Source of the DNA: a phage
DNA: 64,000 bases
Reading direction: 5' to 3' (one strand)
Sequence record: PZ347775.1
The notes under the pieces are model-generated. The model was given only the letters and a program-made list of their open reading frames with translations. It was not told the origin of the DNA and ran no database searches. Positions 19,175 to 36,913 of the stretch are shown here, piece after piece; the first letter of the stretch is position 1; the number at the start of each line of letters is the position of its first letter. The position numbers and the translations under genes were made by a program.

Positions 19175-20041
19175 ATGTTCATTCAAGAACCAAAGAAATT
19201 GATTGATACCGGCGAAATTGGTAACGCTTCTACTGGTGATATCTTATTCGACGGTGGTAATAAAATTAATAGTGATTTTAACGCAATTTATAACGCGTTT
19301 GGCGATCAACGCAAAATGGCAGTAGCAAATGGCACTGGAGCAGATGGCCAAATTATCCATGCTACTGGATATTATCAAAAACACTCTATTACAGAGTACG
19401 CAACTCCAGTAAAAGTTGGCACTAGGCATGATATTGATACCTCTACTGTAGGTGTTAAAGTTATCATTGAAAGAGGCGAACTCGGCGATTGTGTTGAATT
19501 CATTAACTCAAATGGATCAATATCAGTTACTAATCCTTTAACAATTCAAGCTATTGATTCAATTAAAGGTGTTTCGGGTAATTTAGTAGTAACTAGTCCA
19601 TATAGTAAAGTTACTTTACGCTGTATTTCATCTGATAATTCTACATCGGTTTGGAACTATTCTATTGAAAGTATGTTTGGGCAAAAGGAATCACCAGCTG
19701 AAGGTACATGGAATATTTCTACAACCGGATCAGTTGATATTCCACTATTTCATCGCACTGAATACAATATGGCTAAATTGTTAGTTACATGCCAATCAGT
19801 AGATGGAAGAAAAATTAAAACAGCAGAAATAAATATTCTTGTGGATACTGTTAATTCAGAGGTAATTTCTTCTGAATATGCTGTCATGCGAGTTGGTAAT
19901 GAAACCGAAGAAGACGAAATCGCTAATATTGCATTTAGTATTAAAGAAAATTATGTAACGGCGACTATAAGTTCTTCAACTGTCGGTATGAGAGCAGCAG
20001 TTAAAGTTATCGCTACGCAGAAAATCGGGGTGGCTCAATAA
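19175..20041 (+). CDS. 9: gp9 baseplate wedge / long tail-fibre socket (288 aa)
   Basis: Length and order as T4. Confidence 0.95.
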   Translation: MFIQEPKKLIDTGEIGNASTGDILFDGGNKINSDFNAIYNAFGDQRKMAVANGTGADGQIIHATGYYQKHSITEYATPVKVGTRHDIDTSTVGVKVIIERGELGDCVEFINSNGSISVTNPLTIQAIDSIKGVSGNLVVTSPYSKVTLRCISSDNSTSVWNYSIESMFGQKESPAEGTWNISTTGSVDIPLFHRTEYNMAKLLVTCQSVDGRKIKTAEINILVDTVNSEVISSEYAVMRVGNETEEDEIANIAFSIKENYVTATISSSTVGMRAAVKVIATQKIGVAQ

Positions 20042-21849
20042 TGAAACAAAATATTAATATCGGTAATGTTGTAGATGATGGTACCGGTGACTACCTGCGT
20101 AAAGGTGGTATAAAAATAAATGAAAACTTTGATGAGCTTTATTATGAACTCGGTGATGGTGATGTTCCATATTCAGCCGGTGCCTGGAAAACTTATGATG
20201 CTTCATCAGGACAAACATTAACAGCAGAATGGGGAAAATCATACGCTATTAATACATCTTCTGGAAGAGTGACTATAAATCTTCCAAAGGGTACAGTTAA
20301 TGATTACAACAAGGTAATTAGAGCCAGAGACGTATTTGCTACATGGAACGTTAATCCAGTTACACTAGTAGCTGCTTCCGGTGATACGATTAAAGGGTCT
20401 GCAGTACCAGTTGAAATTAATGTTCAATTCAGTGATTTAGAACTAGTGTATTGTGCCCCAGGACGTTGGGAATATGTCAAAAATAAACAAATTGACAAAA
20501 TTACCAGTTCAGACATTAGTAATGTAGCTCGTAAAGAATTTTTAGTCGAAGTCCAAGGACAAACGGACTTTTTAGATGTTTTCCGTGGAACTAGTTATAA
20601 TGTAAATAACATCAGAGTAAAACATCGCGGTAACGAATTGTATTACGGTGATGTATTTAGCGAAAACAGCGATTTTGGCTCTCCGGGCGAAAATGAAGGT
20701 GAATTAGTTCCTCTTGATGGATTTAATATTCGATTAAGACAGCCTTGTAATATTGGTGACACTGTTCAAATCGAAACATTTATGGATGGTGTATCGCAGT
20801 GGAGAAGTTCATATACAAGACGTCAAATTAGATTGTTAGATTCAAAATTAACGTCAAAAACTTCTCTAGAAGGAAGTATTTACGTTACTGATTTATCAAC
20901 AATGAAATCAATTCCATTTTCTGCTTTTGGATTAATTCCAGGAGAACCTATTAATCCTAACTCTCTTGAAGTTCGTTTTAATGGAATTTTGCAGGAATTG
21001 GCTGGCACAGCTGGAATGCCATTATTTCATTGTGTTGGTGCCGATTCAGACGATGAAGTAGAATGCTCTGTTTTAGGTGGAACTTGGGAACAATCTCATA
21101 CCGATTATTCAGTTGAAACTGATGAAAACGGCATACCGGAAATTTTACATTTCGATAGAGTATTTGAGCATGGTGACATTATCAATATCACCTGGTTTAA
21201 TAATGATTTGGGTACATTATTAACAAAAGATGAGATTATTGATGAAACCGATAATCTCTATGTATCGCAAGGGCCGGGAGTAGATATTTCTGGTGATGTA
21301 AATTTAACAGACTTCGATAAAATTGGTTGGCCAAATGTAGAAGCAGTTCAATCTTATCAACGCGAATTTAATGCTGTTTCAAATATCTTTGATACGATTT
21401 ATCCTATTGGAACTATATATGAAAACGCTGTTAATCCAAACAACCCTGTTACATATATGGGATTCGGCTCATGGAAATTATTTGGGCAAGGAAAAGTTTT
21501 AGTTGGATGGAATGAAGATATTTCGGACCCTAACTTTGCTCTAAATAACAATGATTTAGATTCTGATGGAAATCCTTCGCATACTGCAGGTGGAACAGGT
21601 GGTTCTACTTCTGTTACATTGGAAAATGCTAATCTTCCTGCAACTGAAACAGATGAAGAAGTTCTAATAGTTGATGAAAATGGATCAGTCATTGTTGGTG
21701 GGTGTCAATACGATCCAGATGAATCCGGTCCAATTTACACTAAATACCGTGAAGCTAAAGCATCTACTAACTCTACTCATACTCCGCCAACATCAATAAC
21801 TAACATTCAACCATATATTACAGTTTATCGTTGGATAAGGATTGCATAA
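20041..21849 (+). CDS. 10: gp10 baseplate wedge / tail pin (602 aa)
   Basis: Length and order as T4. Confidence 0.95.
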   Translation: MKQNINIGNVVDDGTGDYLRKGGIKINENFDELYYELGDGDVPYSAGAWKTYDASSGQTLTAEWGKSYAINTSSGRVTINLPKGTVNDYNKVIRARDVFATWNVNPVTLVAASGDTIKGSAVPVEINVQFSDLELVYCAPGRWEYVKNKQIDKITSSDISNVARKEFLVEVQGQTDFLDVFRGTSYNVNNIRVKHRGNELYYGDVFSENSDFGSPGENEGELVPLDGFNIRLRQPCNIGDTVQIETFMDGVSQWRSSYTRRQIRLLDSKLTSKTSLEGSIYVTDLSTMKSIPFSAFGLIPGEPINPNSLEVRFNGILQELAGTAGMPLFHCVGADSDDEVECSVLGGTWEQSHTDYSVETDENGIPEILHFDRVFEHGDIINITWFNNDLGTLLTKDEIIDETDNLYVSQGPGVDISGDVNLTDFDKIGWPNVEAVQSYQREFNAVSNIFDTIYPIGTIYENAVNPNNPVTYMGFGSWKLFGQGKVLVGWNEDISDPNFALNNNDLDSDGNPSHTAGGTGGSTSVTLENANLPATETDEEVLIVDENGSVIVGGCQYDPDESGPIYTKYREAKASTNSTHTPPTSITNIQPYITVYRWIRIA

Positions 21850-22508
21850 TGAGTTTACTTAATAATAAAGCGGGAGTTATTTCCCGCTTAGCAGATTTTC
21901 TTGGTTTTAGACCTAAAGCTGGTAATATAGACGTAATGAATCGTCAATCAGTTGGGTCAGTGACAATTTCTCAATTAGCGAAAGGATTTTATGAACCTAA
22001 CGTAGAATCAGCTATTAATGATGTTCATAATTTTTCTATAAAAGACGTTGGTACAATTATTACTAATAAAACTGGTGTTTCTCCTGAGGGTGTTTCTCAA
22101 ACTGATTATTGGGCATTTTCAGGAACTGTGACAGATGATTCGCTTCCTCCTGGTTCTCCTGTTACTGTATTAGTATTTGGTCTTCCAGTTTCAGCAACAA
22201 CCGGAATGACAGCTATCGAGTTTGTTGCCAAAGTTCGCGTTGCACTGCAAGAAGCTATTGCGTCATTTACTGCTATCAACTCATATAAAGACCATCCAAC
22301 AGATGGTAGTAAATTAGAAGTTACTTATTTAGATAATCAAAAACATGTATTAAGCACATATTCTACATATGGAATAACTATTTCGCAGGAAATTATTTCT
22401 GAGTCTAAACCTGGCTATGGTACATGGAATTTATTAGGCGCACAAACTGTAACTTTAGATAATCAGCAGACTCCTACAGTATTTTATCATTTTGAGAGAA
22501 CAGCATGA
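21849..22508 (+). CDS. 11: gp11 baseplate wedge / short-fibre attachment (219 aa)
   Basis: Track ORF 21831-22508; start set to [10 protein letters not shown] at the TAATG overlap with gene 10. Confidence 0.9.
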   Translation: MSLLNNKAGVISRLADFLGFRPKAGNIDVMNRQSVGSVTISQLAKGFYEPNVESAINDVHNFSIKDVGTIITNKTGVSPEGVSQTDYWAFSGTVTDDSLPPGSPVTVLVFGLPVSATTGMTAIEFVAKVRVALQEAIASFTAINSYKDHPTDGSKLEVTYLDNQKHVLSTYSTYGITISQEIISESKPGYGTWNLLGAQTVTLDNQQTPTVFYHFERTA

Positions 22509-24088
22509 GTAATAATACATATCAACACGTTTCTAATGAATCTCGTTATGTAAAATTTGATCCTACCGATACAAATTTTCCACCAGAGATTACTGATGTT
22601 CAGGCTGCTATAGCAGCCATTTCTCCTGCTGGCGTAAATGGAGTTCCTGATGCATCGTCAACAACAAAGGGAATTTTATTTCTTGCCACTGAACAGGAAG
22701 TTATAGATGGAACTAATAATACCAAAGCAGTTACACCAGCAACGTTGGCAACAAGATTATCATATCCAAACGCAACTGAAACTGTTTACGGATTAACAAG
22801 ATATTCAACCGATGATGAAGCCATTGCTGGAGTTAATAATGAATCTTCTATAACTCCTGCTAAATTTACTGTCGCCCTTAATAATGCCTTTGAAACTCGT
22901 GTTTCAACTGAATCATCAAATGGGGTTATTAAAATTTCATCTCTACCACAAGCATTAGCTGGTGCAGATGATACTACTGCAATGACTCCATTAAAAACAC
23001 AACAGTTAGCTGTTAAATTGATTGCGCAAATTGCTCCTTCTAAAAATGCTGCTACAGAATCTGAACAAGGCATAATTCAGTTAGCTACAGTAGCACAGGC
23101 TCGTCAGGGAACTTTAAGAGAAGGATACGCAATTTCTCCTTATACGTTTATGAATTCTACTGCTACTGAAGAATATAAAGGCGTAATTAAATTAGGAACA
23201 CAGTCAGAAGTTAACTCGAATAATGCTTCTGTTGCGGTTACTGGCGCAACTCTGAATGGTCGTGGTTCTACGACGTCAATGAGAGGCGTAGTTAAATTAA
23301 CTACAACCGCCGGTTCACAGAGTGGAGGCGATGCTTCATCAGCCTTAGCTTGGAATGCTGACGTTATCCACCAAAGAGGCGGTCAAACTATTAATGGAAC
23401 ACTTCGCATTAATAACACACTTACAATAGCTTCAGGTGGAGCAAATATTACCGGAACAGTTAACATGACTGGCGGTTATATTCAAGGTAAGCGTGTCGTA
23501 ACACAAAATGAAATTGATAGAACTATTCCTGTCGGAGCTATTATGATGTGGGCCGCTGATAGTCTTCCTAGTGATGCTTGGCGTTTTTGCCATGGTGGAA
23601 CTGTTTCAGCGTCAGATTGTCCATTATATGCTTCTAGAATTGGAACAAGATATGGCGGAAGCTCATCAAATCCCGGATTACCTGACATGCGTGGTCTTTT
23701 TGTTCGTGGTTCTGGTCGTGGCTCTCACTTAACAAATCCAAATGTTAATGGTAATGACCAATTTGGTAAGCCTAGATTAGGTGTAGGTTGTACCGGCGGA
23801 TATGTTGGCGAAGTACAAAAACAGCAGATGTCTTATCATAAACATGCTGGCGGATTTGGTGAATGGGATGATGCTGGAGCATTTGGTAATACCCGCAGAT
23901 CAAATTTTGTCGGTACACGCAAAGGACTTGACTGGGATAACCGTTCATACTTCACTAATGACGGATATGAAATTGACCCAGCATCACAACGAAATTCCAG
24001 ATATACATTAAATCGTCCCGAATTAATTGGAAATGAAACACGTCCATGGAACATTTCTTTAAACTACATAATTAAGGTAAAAGAATGA
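22505..24088 (+). CDS. 12: gp12 short tail fibre (527 aa)
   Basis: Length and order as T4. Confidence 0.95.
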   Translation: MSNNTYQHVSNESRYVKFDPTDTNFPPEITDVQAAIAAISPAGVNGVPDASSTTKGILFLATEQEVIDGTNNTKAVTPATLATRLSYPNATETVYGLTRYSTDDEAIAGVNNESSITPAKFTVALNNAFETRVSTESSNGVIKISSLPQALAGADDTTAMTPLKTQQLAVKLIAQIAPSKNAATESEQGIIQLATVAQARQGTLREGYAISPYTFMNSTATEEYKGVIKLGTQSEVNSNNASVAVTGATLNGRGSTTSMRGVVKLTTTAGSQSGGDASSALAWNADVIHQRGGQTINGTLRINNTLTIASGGANITGTVNMTGGYIQGKRVVTQNEIDRTIPVGAIMMWAADSLPSDAWRFCHGGTVSASDCPLYASRIGTRYGGSSSNPGLPDMRGLFVRGSGRGSHLTNPNVNGNDQFGKPRLGVGCTGGYVGEVQKQQMSYHKHAGGFGEWDDAGAFGNTRRSNFVGTRKGLDWDNRSYFTNDGYEIDPASQRNSRYTLNRPELIGNETRPWNISLNYIIKVKE

Positions 24089-25548
24089 CAGATATTGTAC
24101 TGAATGACTTACCATTCGTTGACGGCCCTCCTGCAGAGGGCCAGAGCCGCATTTCCTGGATTAAAAACGGCGAAGAAATATTAGGAGCTGACACACAATA
24201 TGGAAGTGAAGGCTCAATGAATAGACCTACAGTTTCTGTACTAAGAAATGTTGAAGTTCTTGATAAAAACATTGGAATACTTAAAACATCTTTAGAAACC
24301 GCAAATAGTGATATTAAAACAATTCAGGGCATCTTAGATGTATCTGGTGATATTGAAGCTTTGGCCCAAATAAGTATCAATAAAAAGGATATTTCTGACC
24401 TCAAAACGCTAACCAGTGAACACACAGAAATATTAAATGGAACTAATAATACGGTTGACAGTATTCTTGCCGATATTGGTCCATTTAACTCCGAGGCCAA
24501 CTCTGTATACAGAACAATCAGAAATGATTTACTGTGGATAAAGCGTGAACTTGGACAATACACTGGTCAAGATATTAATGGTCTTCCTGTTGTAGGAAAT
24601 CCTAGTAGTGGAATGAAGCATCGTATTATTAATAATACCGATGTCATTACTTCACAGGGAATACGTTTAAGCGAATTAGAAACAAAATTTATTGAATCTG
24701 ATGTAGGTTCTTTGACTATTGAAGTTGGTAATCTCCGTGAAGAGCTTGGACCTAAACCACCATCATTTTCACAAAACGTTTATAGCCGCTTAAATGAAAT
24801 TGACACTAAACAGACAACAGTTGAGTCTGACATTAGCGCTATTAAGACCTCAATAGGATATCCAGGAAATAATTCGATTATCACGAGTGTTAATACAAAC
24901 ACTGATAATATTGCATCTATTAATTTAGAGCTAAATCAAAGTGGAGGTATTAAACAGCGTTTAACCGTTATTGAAACTTCTATTGGTTCAGATGATATTC
25001 CTTCGAGTATTAAAGGTCAAATCAAAGATAATACGACTTCAATTGAAGCTCTAAATGGAATCGTCGGTGAAAACACTTCATCCGGTTTAAGAGCGAATGT
25101 TTCGTGGTTAAACCAAATTGTTGGAACTGATTCTAGCGGTGGACAACCTTCTCCTCCTGGGTCTCTTTTAAACCGAGTTTCTACAATTGAAACTTCTGTT
25201 TCAAGCTTGAACAACGATGTTCAGAACCTACAAGTAGAGATTGGTAATAACAGCACAGGAATTAAAGGGCAAGTTGTAGCATTAAATACTTTAGTAAATG
25301 GAACTAATCCAAACGGTTCAACTGTCGAAGAACGTGGATTAACCAATTCAATAAAAGCTAACGAAACCAACATCGCATCAGTTACACAAGAAGTGAATAC
25401 AGCCAAAGGTAGTATATCTTCTCTGCAAGGTGATGTTCAAGCTCTACAAGAAGCAGGTTATATTCCTGAAGCTCCAAAAGATGGTCAAGCTTACGTTCGT
25501 AAAGACGGCGAATGGGTATTACTTTCTACCTTTTTATCACCAGCATAA
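24085..25548 (+). CDS. wac: fibritin (whisker antigen control, 487 aa)
   Basis: Long heptad coiled coil and foldon-like C-terminus [27 protein letters not shown]. Confidence 0.95.
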   Translation: MTDIVLNDLPFVDGPPAEGQSRISWIKNGEEILGADTQYGSEGSMNRPTVSVLRNVEVLDKNIGILKTSLETANSDIKTIQGILDVSGDIEALAQISINKKDISDLKTLTSEHTEILNGTNNTVDSILADIGPFNSEANSVYRTIRNDLLWIKRELGQYTGQDINGLPVVGNPSSGMKHRIINNTDVITSQGIRLSELETKFIESDVGSLTIEVGNLREELGPKPPSFSQNVYSRLNEIDTKQTTVESDISAIKTSIGYPGNNSIITSVNTNTDNIASINLELNQSGGIKQRLTVIETSIGSDDIPSSIKGQIKDNTTSIEALNGIVGENTSSGLRANVSWLNQIVGTDSSGGQPSPPGSLLNRVSTIETSVSSLNNDVQNLQVEIGNNSTGIKGQVVALNTLVNGTNPNGSTVEERGLTNSIKANETNIASVTQEVNTAKGSISSLQGDVQALQEAGYIPEAPKDGQAYVRKDGEWVLLSTFLSPA

Positions 25549-25551
25549 CAT

Positions 25552-25567
25552 GGGGCCGCAAGGCCCC
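25552..25567 (+). terminator. stem-loop GGGGCCGCAAGGCCCC after wac
   Basis: Perfect 6-bp GC stem; weak T-run, so may be a processing or stability element. Confidence 0.35.
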
Positions 25568-25580
25568 AAAGGATTTTTAA

Positions 25581-27282
<1,702 letters not shown>

Positions 27283-27323
27283 TAAATATTATAAACTAAT
27301 TAAAGCCCAGATTAGGAGAAATC

Positions 27324-30464
<3,141 letters not shown>

Positions 30465-30492
30465 TATTAAAGCATATTAAAGAGGATTAAAA

Positions 30493-32472
30493 ATGACTTT
30501 ATTATCTCCGGGCATTGAGCTCAAAGAAACTACGGTTCAAAGCACCGTGGTTAATAACTCTACTGGTACAGCAGCTTTGGCCGGTAAATTCCAGTGGGGT
30601 CCTGCTTTTCAGATTAAACAGGTTACAAATGAAGTAGATTTAGTTAATACTTTTGGTCAACCAACCGCTGAAACTGCTGACTATTTTATGTCTGCGATGA
30701 ATTTCTTGCAGTACGGAAATGACTTACGAGTAGTTCGTGCTGTTGATAGAGATACCGCTAAAAACTCATCGCCAATTGCTGGTAATATTGAATACACAAT
30801 TTCTACCCCAGGTAGTAACTACGCGGTTGGAGATAAAATCACGGTCAAATATGTTTCAGATGATATTGAAACTGAAGGTAAAATTACTGAAGTAGACGCA
30901 GATGGAAAAATTAAGAAAATTAATATTCCTACTGCAAAAATTATCGCTAAAGCGAAAGAAGTAGGCGAATATCCAACACTAGGTTCTAACTGGACTGCGG
31001 AAATTTCTTCATCTTCCTCTGGTTTAGCTGCAGTAATAACTCTTGGAAAAATTATTACTGATTCTGGTATTTTATTAGCTGAAATTGAAAATGCTGAAGC
31101 TGCTATAACAGCTGTTGATTTTCAGGAAAATCTTAAAAAATATGGAATTCCAGGAGTAGTAGCTCTTTATCCAGGCGAGTTGGGCGATAAAATCGAAATT
31201 GAAATCGTATCTAAAGCTGACTACGCAAAAGGGGCTTCTGCATTACTTCCAATTTATCCAGGTGGCGGAACGCGCGCATCTACTGCCAAAGCAGTGTTTG
31301 GATATGGACCACAAACTGATTCACAGTACGCTATTATAGTTCGTCGCAATGATGCTATTGTTCAAAGCGTTGTTCTTTCAACGAAGCGTGGTGAAAAAGA
31401 TATTTACGATAGTAACATCTATATTGATGACTTTTTCGCAAAAGGTGGTTCAGAATATATTTTCGCAACTGCACAAAACTGGCCAGAAGGCTTCTCTGGA
31501 ATTTTAACTCTGTCTGGCGGATTATCATCAAATGCTGAAGTAACAGCAGGAGATTTGATGGAAGCTTGGGACTTCTTTGCTGACCGCGAATCTGTTGATG
31601 TTCAGTTGTTTATTGCGGGTTCTTGCGCCGGCGAATCTTTAGAAACAGCATCTACTGTCCAAAAACACGTCGTTTCAATTGGTGATGCTCGCCAAGACTG
31701 CTTAGTATTGTGCTCTCCTCCGCGTGAAACTGTAGTTGGAATTCCTGTAACTCGTGCTGTTGATAACTTAGTCAATTGGAGAACTGCAACAGGTTCATAC
31801 ACTGATAATAACTTTAATATCAGTTCAACCTATGCGGCAATTGATGGTAACTATAAGTATCAGTATGACAAATATAATGATGTGAATCGTTGGGTTCCAT
31901 TAGCAGCTGATATTGCTGGTTTATGCGCAAGAACTGATAACGTTTCTCATACTTGGATGTCTCCAGCTGGTTATAATCGTGGCCAGATTCTTAACGTTAT
32001 TAAACTTGCTATTGAAACTCGCCAAGCTCAGCGCGACCGTTTATACCAAGAAGCTATTAACCCGGTAACTGGCACAGGTGGCGATGGTTACGTATTGTAT
32101 GGTGATAAAACAGCTACTTCTGTTCCTTCTCCGTTTGATCGTATTAACGTTCGTCGTCTGTTTAATATGTTGAAAACGAATATCGGACGTAGTTCAAAAT
32201 ATCGTTTGTTCGAATTAAACAACGCGTTTACTCGTTCATCATTCCGCACAGAAACTGCCCAGTACTTGCAGGGAATTAAAGCTCTCGGTGGAATTTATGA
32301 ATATCGTGTAGTTTGCGATACAACAAATAACACTCCGTCAGTAATTGATAGAAATGAGTTTGTTGCAACATTCTACATCCAACCGGCTAGAAGCATTAAC
32401 TACATTACCTTAAACTTCGTAGCAACTGCTACTGGTGCAGATTTCGATGAGTTAACTGGTCTTGCAGGTTAA
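30493..32472 (+). CDS. 18: gp18 contractile tail sheath (659 aa)
   Basis: Length and order as T4. Confidence 0.95.
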   Translation: MTLLSPGIELKETTVQSTVVNNSTGTAALAGKFQWGPAFQIKQVTNEVDLVNTFGQPTAETADYFMSAMNFLQYGNDLRVVRAVDRDTAKNSSPIAGNIEYTISTPGSNYAVGDKITVKYVSDDIETEGKITEVDADGKIKKINIPTAKIIAKAKEVGEYPTLGSNWTAEISSSSSGLAAVITLGKIITDSGILLAEIENAEAAITAVDFQENLKKYGIPGVVALYPGELGDKIEIEIVSKADYAKGASALLPIYPGGGTRASTAKAVFGYGPQTDSQYAIIVRRNDAIVQSVVLSTKRGEKDIYDSNIYIDDFFAKGGSEYIFATAQNWPEGFSGILTLSGGLSSNAEVTAGDLMEAWDFFADRESVDVQLFIAGSCAGESLETASTVQKHVVSIGDARQDCLVLCSPPRETVVGIPVTRAVDNLVNWRTATGSYTDNNFNISSTYAAIDGNYKYQYDKYNDVNRWVPLAADIAGLCARTDNVSHTWMSPAGYNRGQILNVIKLAIETRQAQRDRLYQEAINPVTGTGGDGYVLYGDKTATSVPSPFDRINVRRLFNMLKTNIGRSSKYRLFELNNAFTRSSFRTETAQYLQGIKALGGIYEYRVVCDTTNNTPSVIDRNEFVATFYIQPARSINYITLNFVATATGADFDELTGLAG

Positions 32473-32507
32473 TACGGTGCATTCTAAAGGCCTGTTTCGG
32501 CAGGCCA

Positions 32508-32574
32508 TATAAATACACTATATCCTTAATTCTTTAATTCTATATGCCCTAGGTTAAACATAGGGATATAAATA
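32508..32574 (+). promoter_or_regulatory. two T4 late promoters (TATAAATA at 32508 and 32567) with stem-loops, upstream of gene 19
   Basis: Two exact motifs; hairpins GGCCTG..CAGGCC and CCCTA..TAGGG. Confidence 0.5.
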
Positions 32575-32588
32575 CTACAGAGGCTAAT

Positions 32589-33080
32589 ATGTTTGTAGAT
32601 GATGTAACACGAGCGTTTGAATCTGGTGATTTTGCTCGACCTAACTTATTCCAAGTAGAAATTTCTTATCTTGGACAAAATTTTACGTTTCAATGTAAAG
32701 CCACTGCTTTACCAGCTGGTATTGTAGAAAAAATTCCAGTCGGATTTATGAACCGTAAAATTAACGTAGCAGGCGATCGTACATTCGATGACTGGACTAT
32801 TACAGTAATGAATGACGAGGCGCATGATGCACGTCAGAAGTTTGTTGACTGGCAAAGCATTGCTGCTGGGCAAGGAAACGAAATTACTGGTGGAAAACCG
32901 GCAGAGTATAAAAAGAGTGCTATTGTACGCCAATATGCTCGTGACGCTAAAACTGTAACAAAAGAAGTCGAAATTAAAGGCCTGTGGCCTACTAACGTGG
33001 GTGAACTTCAGTTAGATTGGGATTCAAACAATGAAATCCAAACCTTTGAAGTAACTCTCGCTCTCGATTATTGGGAATAA
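32589..33080 (+). CDS. 19: gp19 tail tube (163 aa)
   Basis: Length and order as T4. Confidence 0.95.
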   Translation: MFVDDVTRAFESGDFARPNLFQVEISYLGQNFTFQCKATALPAGIVEKIPVGFMNRKINVAGDRTFDDWTITVMNDEAHDARQKFVDWQSIAAGQGNEITGGKPAEYKKSAIVRQYARDAKTVTKEVEIKGLWPTNVGELQLDWDSNNEIQTFEVTLALDYWE

Positions 33081-33112
33081 AATGAATGGGGAGAAATCCC
33101 CATCCTGCTTAA

Positions 33113-34737
<1,625 letters not shown>

Positions 34738-34738
<1 letters not shown>

Positions 34739-34992
34739 TGGAAGGTTTAATTGAAGCTATTAAATCAAACGACCTCGTAGCCGCTCGTAAATTATTTGCT
34801 GAAGCCATGGCTGCAAGAACGATTGATTTAATTAAAGAAGAAAAAATCGCTATCGCTCGTAATTTCTTAATTGAAGGTGAAGAACCTGAAGACGAGGATG
34901 AAGATGAAGATGATGACGAAGATAGCGATGATAAAGACGACAAAAAAGACAAAGACTCTGATGAAGATGACGAAGACGAGGATGATGAATAA
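34738..34992 (+). CDS. 67: gp67 prohead core protein with poly-acidic tail (84 aa)
   Basis: Position between 20 and 68; C-terminal Asp/Glu run. Confidence 0.85.
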
Positions 34993-35417
34993 TGCTTCTG
35001 ATCCCTGAAACTCATGAATTAGTTCTCGAGAATGTCGAAGCACTTATTCCTGAAGCACAGGGTCGCTTTGACGAATTGTCTTCTGCTTTAAATAAAGACG
35101 ATATAAATACAATTATCGAGAATATGCTTGATGATGAAACTGATTTAGCAGTTGCATTAGCTTCTATTAATGAAAACATGCCGTTAAATGAATTCATTGT
35201 TAAGCACGTTTCAGCTCGTGGTGAAATTACACGTACTAAAGATCGCAAAACACGCGAACGTAATGCATTTCAAACCACTGGGCTGTCTAAAGCAAAACGT
35301 AGACAAATTGCTCGCAAAGCTACCAAAACGAAGATTGCCAATCCAGCAGGTCAATCTCGTGCTCAGCGTAAGCGTAAAAAAGCTCTTAAACGCCGTAAAG
35401 CATTAGGATTAAGCTAA
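34992..35417 (+). CDS. 68: gp68 prohead core protein (141 aa)
   Basis: Length and order as T4. Confidence 0.9.
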   Translation: MLLIPETHELVLENVEALIPEAQGRFDELSSALNKDDINTIIENMLDDETDLAVALASINENMPLNEFIVKHVSARGEITRTKDRKTRERNAFQTTGLSKAKRRQIARKATKTKIANPAGQSRAQRKRKKALKRRKALGLS

Positions 35418-36055
35418 TGAATGAACCCCAATTATTAATTGAAACTTGGGGTCAACCTGGCGAAATTATTGATGGCGTGCCAATGCTTGAATCCCACGAT
35501 GGAAAAGACCTAGGTTTAAAACCGGGTTTATACATCGAAGGAATATTCATGCAAGCAGAAGTCGTCAATAGAAATAAACGTCTTTATCCAAAACGCATAT
35601 TAGAAAAAGCGGTAAAAGACTATATCAATGAGCAAGTTTTAACTAAACAAGCTCTCGGAGAATTAAATCATCCTCCACGCGCTAATGTTGACCCGATGCA
35701 AGCCGCTATCATTATAGAAGATATGTGGTGGAAAGGAAATGACGTATACGGACGAGCTCGTGTTATTGAAGGTGACCATGGTCCTGGAGATAAATTAGCA
35801 GCTAATATTCGTGCCGGATGGATTCCAGGAGTTTCTTCTCGTGGATTAGGTTCATTGACTGACACAAATAAAGGTTATCGTATCGTAAACGAAGGATTCA
35901 AATTAACTGTAGGTGTTGATGCAGTATGGGGTCCAAGTGCTCCAGATGCATGGGTAACTCCTAAGGAAATTACCGAATCACAGACGGCGGAAGCCGATAC
36001 AAGTGCCGATGACGCCTATATGGCTCTCGCAGAGGCCATGAAAAAAGCGTTATAA
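35417..36055 (+). CDS. 21: gp21 prohead core protease (212 aa)
   Basis: Length and order as T4. Confidence 0.95.
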   Translation: MNEPQLLIETWGQPGEIIDGVPMLESHDGKDLGLKPGLYIEGIFMQAEVVNRNKRLYPKRILEKAVKDYINEQVLTKQALGELNHPPRANVDPMQAAIIIEDMWWKGNDVYGRARVIEGDHGPGDKLAANIRAGWIPGVSSRGLGSLTDTNKGYRIVNEGFKLTVGVDAVWGPSAPDAWVTPKEITESQTAEADTSADDAYMALAEAMKKAL

Positions 36056-36058
36056 ATA
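36051..36058 (+). promoter_or_regulatory. T4 late promoter TATAAATA for gene 22
   Basis: Exact motif overlapping the gene 21 stop. Confidence 0.55.
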
Positions 36059-36085
36059 TTATTATCTAAACAACAGGACTACAAA

Positions 36086-36895
36086 ATGCTTAAAGAACAA
36101 CTGATTGCCGAAGCGCAGAAAATTGATGCTTCCGTTGCTCTTGATAGTATTTTCGAATCAGTTAATATTTCTCCGGAAGCAAAAGAAACTTTCGGCACTG
36201 TATTCGAAGCTACCGTCAAGCAGCACGCCGTTAAATTAGCTGAATCTCATATCGCTAAAATTGCTGAAAAAGCAGAAGAAGAAGTAGAAAAAAATAAAGA
36301 AGAAGCCGAAGAAAAAGCTGAGAAGAAAATCGCTGAGCAAGCTTCTAAATTCATCGACCATCTTGCGAAAGAATGGCTCGCTGAAAATAAATTAGCAGTT
36401 GATAAAGGCATCAAAGCCGAACTGTTTGAATCCATGCTTGGTGGATTAAAAGAGCTCTTTGTTGAACACAACGTTGTTGTTCCAGAAGAATCAGTTGATG
36501 TTGTGGCTGAAATGGAAGAAGAGCTGCAAGAACATAAAGAAGAATCAGCTCGTCTGTTCGAAGAACTCAATATGCGCGACGCATATATCAATTATGTGCA
36601 GCGTGAAGTGGCATTGAGCGAAAGTACTAAAGATCTGACTGAGTCTCAAAAAGAAAAAGTCTCTGCTCTGGTCGAAGGTATGGATTATTCAGATGAATTC
36701 TCAAGTAAATTGAGTGCCATCGTAGAAATGGTGAAGAAGTCTAATAAAGATGAAAGCACTATTACTGAGGGTATAAATACTCCTGATACTGAAGCAGCCG
36801 GACTGAATTTCGTCACTGAAGCTGTAGAAGATAAAGCTGCACCTGGTGCAGAAGATATTGTAAGTGTATATGCGAAAGTCGCATCTCGTTTCTAA
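36086..36895 (+). CDS. 22: gp22 prohead core scaffold (269 aa)
   Basis: Acidic helical protein; length as T4. Confidence 0.95.
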   Translation: MLKEQLIAEAQKIDASVALDSIFESVNISPEAKETFGTVFEATVKQHAVKLAESHIAKIAEKAEEEVEKNKEEAEEKAEKKIAEQASKFIDHLAKEWLAENKLAVDKGIKAELFESMLGGLKELFVEHNVVVPEESVDVVAEMEEELQEHKEESARLFEELNMRDAYINYVQREVALSESTKDLTESQKEKVSALVEGMDYSDEFSSKLSAIVEMVKKSNKDESTITEGINTPDTEAAGLNFVTEAVEDKAAPGAEDIVSVYAKVASRF

Positions 36896-36913
36896 TTTTA
36901 AAGGTTAACACAA

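Noticed and set aside
36247-36591. Minus-strand 114-aa Ser-rich ORF inside gene 22
   Set aside because: Antisense to a well-supported scaffold gene in a late plus-strand operon; low-complexity translation with no start signals.
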